Positions 58,872-64,000 of a DNA stretch of 64,000 nt are shown piece by piece. A program made the position numbers and the translations under genes. Numbering within the stretch: position 1 is the stretch's first letter; every line of letters starts with the position of its first letter. Source of the stretch: Candidatus Omnitrophota bacterium (lineage in GTDB: Bacteria > Omnitrophota > Gorgyraeia > Zapsychrales > Zapsychraceae); assembly GCA_029261055.1 (NCBI GenBank), contig JAJDCA010000071.1:89778-153777 (forward strand). Reading direction: 5' to 3'. Below the pieces are notes generated by a model. That model saw nothing but the letters and a program-made list of their open reading frames with translations, ran no database searches and was not told where the DNA came from.

Positions 58872-60560
58872 ATGCAGAAAATTTGGAATATTCAAGAGGC
58901 GAATCCAAAGTTACAAAAAATATTAAGTGATGCTTTAGATGTTCATCCGATTGTGGCGCAGCTTTTGGTGAATCGGCGTATTCATGATGTTGAGGAGGCA
59001 CGGGCTTTTTTAGCGGCAGACCTTGGTGATTTGCATGATCCGTTTATGTTTAAGAATATGGATTTGGCTGTGTCGCGTATTAAGCAGGCGCAGGCGAATA
59101 AAGAACGTGTTTTAATTTTTGGTGATTATGATGTGGATGGGGTGACTTCGTCCGTTATTTTAAATCATGCCTTAGCAAAGATAGGGATTGAGGTTGCTCA
59201 CCGTATCCCACATCGTTTTGAGGATGGATATGGATTAACGAAAAAAAGTGTGGAAAAGATTAATCAAGAGAAGGTTGATTTAGTGATCACTATTGATTGT
59301 GGTATTTCGGCGTGTGAAGAAGTGGATATGCTGAATCAGGCTGGGGTAGATGTTATTATCATTGATCATCATATGCCTGATGAAATTATTCCAAAGGCAT
59401 TAGCCATTATTAATCCTAAGCAAAAAGATTGTGATTATCCTTTTAAACATTTGGCGTCTGTTGGATTAGCCGCTAAATTGTCACAAGCCCTTTTAGGAAA
59501 AGTTGATGAGAGTATTTTAGATTTAGTGGCCATTGGAACGATTGCGGATGTTGTTCCTTTACGTGGTGAAAATCGTTTGTTTGTTAAGTCGGGGTTACCC
59601 AGGATTAATACAACGACGAATAAAGGGTTGTTAGCCTTATTAGAAAAGACAAAAATTCGAGGGAAAAAATTTAGTCCGTATCATGTTGGTTTTGTTTTAG
59701 GTCCACGGATCAATGCAGCTGGACGGATGGATTCGGCGCATACATCGTTAGATTTATTTTTGAGTAAAGATTTGAACGCGGCATATGGCTTGGCGGATGA
59801 GTTAGAGCAATATAATGTAGATCGTCAAAAAATACAGAGGGGGATGGTTAATGAGGCGATAGAACTTGTTGAACAGGAAATGGATTTTAAGAAACATAAG
59901 GTTATTGTTTTAAGCAAGGAAGGGTGGCATAAAGGGATTTTAGGAATCGTTGCCGCACGGCTTGCGGATAAATTTTATCGACCATCGATTGTGATATCTG
60001 TCAAGGATGGGGTAGGAACAGCCTCAGCACGGTCTGTAGGAGATTTTCATCTTTATGAAGCTTTGTCCCGTTGTGCGGAACATTTAGAAAATTTTGGAGG
60101 GCATGCCGGAGCAGCTGGGTTGACCATTAAAGCAGAAAATATTGATCTTTTTCAAGATATGATTAATGATGTTGAGGGTGATATTTTAGAACCAAAGAAA
60201 TTAATCCCGGCTCTTTCGATTGATTGTGATATTCCTTTAAATAATGTGGATATGGATTTAATTGATGTTATTAATGATTTGGAACCATTTGGAGAAGGCA
60301 ATCCAACGCCTTTGTTTTGTTCGCGTAATTTGACTGTACAGGGGTATCCGAAGGTGATGGGAAAAAATACAATAAAGTTTTTAGTCAGTGATGGCGATTT
60401 TAGAATTTCTGCGGTTGGTTTTGGAATGGCTGATTACAAAGATATGATCGCTCCTGGGCGTTTGGTTGATTTGGCGTATACCGTTTCGATTGACGATTGG
60501 AATAAAGCCCCAATAGCGCAGTTGATGTTAAAAGATATTCGGGTGAGCGAAGTAAAATGA
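58872..60560 (+). CDS. recJ: ssDNA exonuclease RecJ
   Basis: GDYDVDG, TIDCG, DHH, GTIADVVPL, PRINAAGR, GGHAGAAG. Confidence 0.97.
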   Translation: MQKIWNIQEANPKLQKILSDALDVHPIVAQLLVNRRIHDVEEARAFLAADLGDLHDPFMFKNMDLAVSRIKQAQANKERVLIFGDYDVDGVTSSVILNHALAKIGIEVAHRIPHRFEDGYGLTKKSVEKINQEKVDLVITIDCGISACEEVDMLNQAGVDVIIIDHHMPDEIIPKALAIINPKQKDCDYPFKHLASVGLAAKLSQALLGKVDESILDLVAIGTIADVVPLRGENRLFVKSGLPRINTTTNKGLLALLEKTKIRGKKFSPYHVGFVLGPRINAAGRMDSAHTSLDLFLSKDLNAAYGLADELEQYNVDRQKIQRGMVNEAIELVEQEMDFKKHKVIVLSKEGWHKGILGIVAARLADKFYRPSIVISVKDGVGTASARSVGDFHLYEALSRCAEHLENFGGHAGAAGLTIKAENIDLFQDMINDVEGDILEPKKLIPALSIDCDIPLNNVDMDLIDVINDLEPFGEGNPTPLFCSRNLTVQGYPKVMGKNTIKFLVSDGDFRISAVGFGMADYKDMIAPGRLVDLAYTVSIDDWNKAPIAQLMLKDIRVSEVK

Positions 60561-60561
60561 A

Positions 60562-60789
60562 TTAGGCTTTAACGATTTTGCCAGCTTGGATACAGCTAGT
60601 ACAAACTTTTACGCGTTGAATAGTGCCTTTGAGGTTAATTTTGACCCGTTGAAGATTAGGAAGAAATCGGCGGAGAGTTTTTCCAACAATCTTAGATCCA
60701 GCGCCACCTTTTCGTTTGATCATGCCGCGTCTTTTATATTTAACGCCGGGTATCGCACCTTTACTACATATTTCACATATTTTTGCCAT
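60562..60789 (-). CDS. rpmB: 50S ribosomal protein L28 (Zn-binding type)
   Basis: MAKICEIC, R.FLPNLQ, VKVCTSCI. Confidence 0.93.
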   Translation of the reverse strand: MAKICEICSKGAIPGVKYKRRGMIKRKGGAGSKIVGKTLRRFLPNLQRVKINLKGTIQRVKVCTSCIQAGKIVKA

Positions 60790-60849
60790 AATTTTTCTCC
60801 TAAATAGTGCCACCTGAAAAAATCTCAGATGTCACTTAAATGTTGCACC

Positions 60850-60877
60850 AGTATACGCAAAAGAAGGTTTTTGTCAA
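60850..60877 (-). promoter_or_regulatory. rpmB promoter
   Basis: TTGACA-N16-TATACT on the minus strand. Confidence 0.75.
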
Positions 60878-60912
60878 GAATTTTTTGAGTGAAAGAATAA
60901 AGAAAGGATAAA

Positions 60913-62625
60913 ATGGACAAATTAGTCTCTTACACAAAACGTCAGTTTTTGCCGGAAGAAGTAGCCTTTTTGGATGTGAAAAGTGTTCAAAATTTTCATA
61001 ATTTATTGATAGATAAAGAGATCCAATCGTTGGAAGAGTTGGAGCAATGGATTTTAGACAGGTCAGAATTAGAATCAGCTTTGGATCAGGCGGGATCGAT
61101 TTTGTACATTCAAATGACCTGCCAAACGGATGATGCGTCAAAATCTGAGGCTTATAAGAATTTTCTTGAAAATATTATCCCAGCGATAAAGCCATTAGAA
61201 AATCAGCTGGATAAAAAATTGTTAAAAGAGCGTGAACGTTTTTCCCTTGATGAAAAACGCTATGAAATTTATGTGCGCGCTATTCAAACAGATGTAGAGA
61301 TTTTTGAAGAAAAAAATGTTCCTCTTCAGACAAAAATAGATTTATTATCCCAAGAATATCAAACAATATGCGGTGCTATGACGGTTGAATTTGATGGGAA
61401 AGAACGCACCTTGCCAGAAATGGGGAAATTCCTGTTTGAACCAGATCGGGATTTGCGTGAGCGGGCCTGGAGGGCAACAGCACAAAGACGGCTACAGGAT
61501 AAAGATAAGTTGGATCAAATATTCGATAAGATGTTAAGGTTGCGTGATCAAATTGCTAAGAATACAAAAAGTGATAATTTTGCTATTTATAAATTTCGTT
61601 CTTTGCATCGATTTGATTACACACCGGAAGATTGTAAAAATTATCATCAAACAGTGGAACGCTTGGTTGTTCCTTTATGGGCGGAAATATTAGAAAATCG
61701 AAAAAAACAAATGCAGTTAGATAAATTGCGTCCTTGGGACACAGCCGTGGATTCTTTGGGGCGAGCGGCTTTGAAGCCATTTGAGAATGTTGAAAAACTT
61801 ATCAACGGTTGTCGAAATATTTTTCAGAAAGTTGAGCCGCAACTCGGGGATCAATTTGCTCAAATGATTGATGGGGGATTTTTAGATTTAGCCAGCCGTA
61901 AAGGCAAGGCTCCCGGAGGATATCAGTCAACATTAAATGAGGCTAGGAAGCCATTTATTTTTATGAATGCCGTTGGGGTGGACGACGACGTGTGGACACT
62001 GTTACATGAGGCTGGACATGCTTTTCATGCCTTAGCTTGTCGGCATGATTCTTTATTAGACTATCGACACGGTCCTATGGAATTTAACGAAGTAGCCTCT
62101 ATGTCCATGGAGCTTTTGGGGGGAGAGTATTTGTCGGAGTTTTATGCCAATAAGGAGGATGAACAACGTTCAAAAAAAGAACACTTCGAAGATATTATTT
62201 TTATCTTAATATGGGTAGCCGTTATTGATGCCTTTCAATTTTGGATGTATGAAAATCCGGATCATAAGCCCGAGGAGCGTAAGGAAATGTGGGGGAAAAT
62301 TTATAATCGATTTGGTGGTGATTTAATTGATTGGCAAGGGCTGGAAGAAGAACATAATTTTCTTTGGCATCGGCAGTTACATATTTTTGAAGTGCCGTTT
62401 TATTACATTGAGTATGGAATAGCCCAGTTAGGAGCTCTTCAAATTTGGTTAAATAGTCAAAAGGATTGGGAGGGTGCTATTACGCATTATCGTCAAGGAT
62501 TATCACTAGGAGGTTCGACGACATTGCCGGAATTATTCAAATCTGCAGGTATCTGTTTTGATTTTAGCGAAAAAACCATCGCCCCCGTTATGAATGCCGT
62601 TAAATCAGAGTTGAAAAAATTTTGA
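60913..62625 (+). CDS. M3-family oligoendopeptidase (PepF-like)
   Basis: RKGKAPGGY, HEAGHAFH, EVASMSME, HIFEVPFYYIEYG. Confidence 0.93.
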   Translation: MDKLVSYTKRQFLPEEVAFLDVKSVQNFHNLLIDKEIQSLEELEQWILDRSELESALDQAGSILYIQMTCQTDDASKSEAYKNFLENIIPAIKPLENQLDKKLLKERERFSLDEKRYEIYVRAIQTDVEIFEEKNVPLQTKIDLLSQEYQTICGAMTVEFDGKERTLPEMGKFLFEPDRDLRERAWRATAQRRLQDKDKLDQIFDKMLRLRDQIAKNTKSDNFAIYKFRSLHRFDYTPEDCKNYHQTVERLVVPLWAEILENRKKQMQLDKLRPWDTAVDSLGRAALKPFENVEKLINGCRNIFQKVEPQLGDQFAQMIDGGFLDLASRKGKAPGGYQSTLNEARKPFIFMNAVGVDDDVWTLLHEAGHAFHALACRHDSLLDYRHGPMEFNEVASMSMELLGGEYLSEFYANKEDEQRSKKEHFEDIIFILIWVAVIDAFQFWMYENPDHKPEERKEMWGKIYNRFGGDLIDWQGLEEEHNFLWHRQLHIFEVPFYYIEYGIAQLGALQIWLNSQKDWEGAITHYRQGLSLGGSTTLPELFKSAGICFDFSEKTIAPVMNAVKSELKKF

Positions 62626-62723
62626 TTTTTTATTTAGGAAAATTAAATTCTAATGATACTATCAGATAGTGTTTAGCGTAGAGACATTTATTTTATAAAT
62701 ATTTTTTCGAAAGGTGGGTCAAG

Positions 62724-63305
62724 ATGAATATACGAAAACTAATTTTAGCTTTTTTATTTCTTACATTGAGTATTTCTTCTATTTATGCTCTGCAAGGAGA
62801 CGTAGCAACAAAAGACGATATGAGTCGGTTAAAAAGAGATCTTCGCGTAGGAGAAATTCAGGTTGGACAAACACGTCTTAAGGATATAAGAGAGAAATAT
62901 GGTGAGGCTCCAACGATAACGGCTACAGCAAGACGTTTGGTTTATAATTATGGGGATTTAAAAATCGAATTTGATAAAAAAAGATATTGGAAGGATTGGG
63001 AATATGATACTTTTAAAGATCAAGCGTATTCTGATGATATTGATGATTTACGGTATGATTTAGAAAGTGACGAAATCGTCGGTGACAATATTACATTTTC
63101 CCGAATTCGTAAAGACTACGATGAGCCTACAGAATCCATAGAGACTGATGCTGATGGAGAACTTTCGATTTATTATTACGGGGACATTAAAATGATATTT
63201 GAGAATTTTGTTGTTGTCCGAAGTTGGAAAGGGAGCAATCTAGAAGAATCTGAACCCGAAGGTGTGTTACAAAGTAAACCGAATGTTGTTGAGGACGTAA
63301 AATAG
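62724..63305 (+). CDS. Exported hypothetical protein with a two-fold internal repeat
   Basis: Signal peptide; DD...L..DL...EI......IR..Y.E......Y.YGD.K..F......W occurs twice. Confidence 0.75.
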   Translation: MNIRKLILAFLFLTLSISSIYALQGDVATKDDMSRLKRDLRVGEIQVGQTRLKDIREKYGEAPTITATARRLVYNYGDLKIEFDKKRYWKDWEYDTFKDQAYSDDIDDLRYDLESDEIVGDNITFSRIRKDYDEPTESIETDADGELSIYYYGDIKMIFENFVVVRSWKGSNLEESEPEGVLQSKPNVVEDVK

Positions 63306-63440
63306 GACCACGCATAGTTAGCAGGCCTTTCCGTAGGTTATCAAATAAAATCAAGTAAAACTTTTTCTTGCTTTTAAATTCATTTTTCATACAATGAATT
63401 AAATTTTTTAAACGCACTATGTAATAAGGAGAATAAACAC

Positions 63441-64000
63441 ATGAGCCATATTAGTGATTTATTAGGGGCTGACGCCAAAGATTTATTGGACCACAAATGT
63501 TTAACCATTCCCAAAGAAAATATCACCTTGCCTGGTGAAGATTATGTAGGCCGTGTATTTAGTCATTCAGATAGATCAAATACTGTATTACGTAATTTGC
63601 AATCCATGTATGATCATGGGCGATTAGGGGGCACAGGATATCTTTCTATTTTACCTGTTGATCAAGGCATTGAGCATACCGCAGGGGCATCTTTTGCTCC
63701 GAATCCGATGTATTTTGATCCGGAAAACATTGTGAAGCTTGCCATTGAAGGCGGTTGTAATGCGGTGGCTTCTACTTTAGGTGTTTTAGGGCTTGTTTCA
63801 CGTAAATATGCGCATAAAATTCCTTTTGTTGTTAAGTTTAATCATAATGAACTTATGACGTACCCGAATACGTTTGACCAAAGGCTTTTTGCAGATGTCG
63901 AGCAGGCTGCTGATATGGGCGCTGTTGGCGTTGGGGCTACGATTTATTTTGGGTCTGATGAATCCAACCGACAAATTGAAGAGGTTTCAGAAGCATTTCA
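63441..64000 (+). CDS. fbaB: Class I fructose-bisphosphate aldolase, 3'-truncated by the window edge; absent from the ORF track
   Basis: AAGGAG RBS; [51 protein letters not shown]. Confidence 0.96.
   Translation, partial: MSHISDLLGADAKDLLDHKCLTIPKENITLPGEDYVGRVFSHSDRSNTVLRNLQSMYDHGRLGGTGYLSILPVDQGIEHTAGASFAPNPMYFDPENIVKLAIEGGCNAVASTLGVLGLVSRKYAHKIPFVVKFNHNELMTYPNTFDQRLFADVEQAADMGAVGVGATIYFGSDESNRQIEEVSEAF

Overview
An AT-rich bacterial chromosomal window with nearly all genes on the + strand, from a diderm (LptD, secretin). The gene set and two very large secreted proteins with conserved ends suggest Candidatus Omnitrophota (PVC superphylum); this is an inference and no search was run. The backbone carries dnaK (partial), dnaJ, accD, glk, lptD, nucleotide-sugar enzymes, gap, aroF, trpBA, rsfS, argS, recJ, rpmB and fbaB (partial), plus two diguanylate cyclases and a type IV pilus/T2SS-like operon. 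Small accessory inserts are VapBC, MazEF, HTH-IrrE + DUF4411-type PIN, and an AAA_14/DUF4143 ATPase. The main observations are: (1) two paralogous cassette polyproteins (2221 and 1141 aa) that share a signal peptide, a ~360-aa N-domain and a GGINLD..MLDLQ..RDG.GVPLP C-domain, with unrelated cargo modules joined at a recurring [DN]-x-[AS]-M motif; (2) a ~320-nt structured RNA that is a c-di-GMP-I aptamer split by a 144-nt insert and carrying an enlarged P3; (3) a canonical c-di-GMP-I riboswitch, predicted OFF, upstream of the major pilin; (4) a 56-aa homolog of the crenarchaeal chromatin protein CC1 missed by the ORF track; (5) an in-frame REP doublet inside one polyprotein, a MITE-like element, and several families of intergenic palindromes. 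No rRNA, tRNA, CRISPR array, transposase or integrase was seen.
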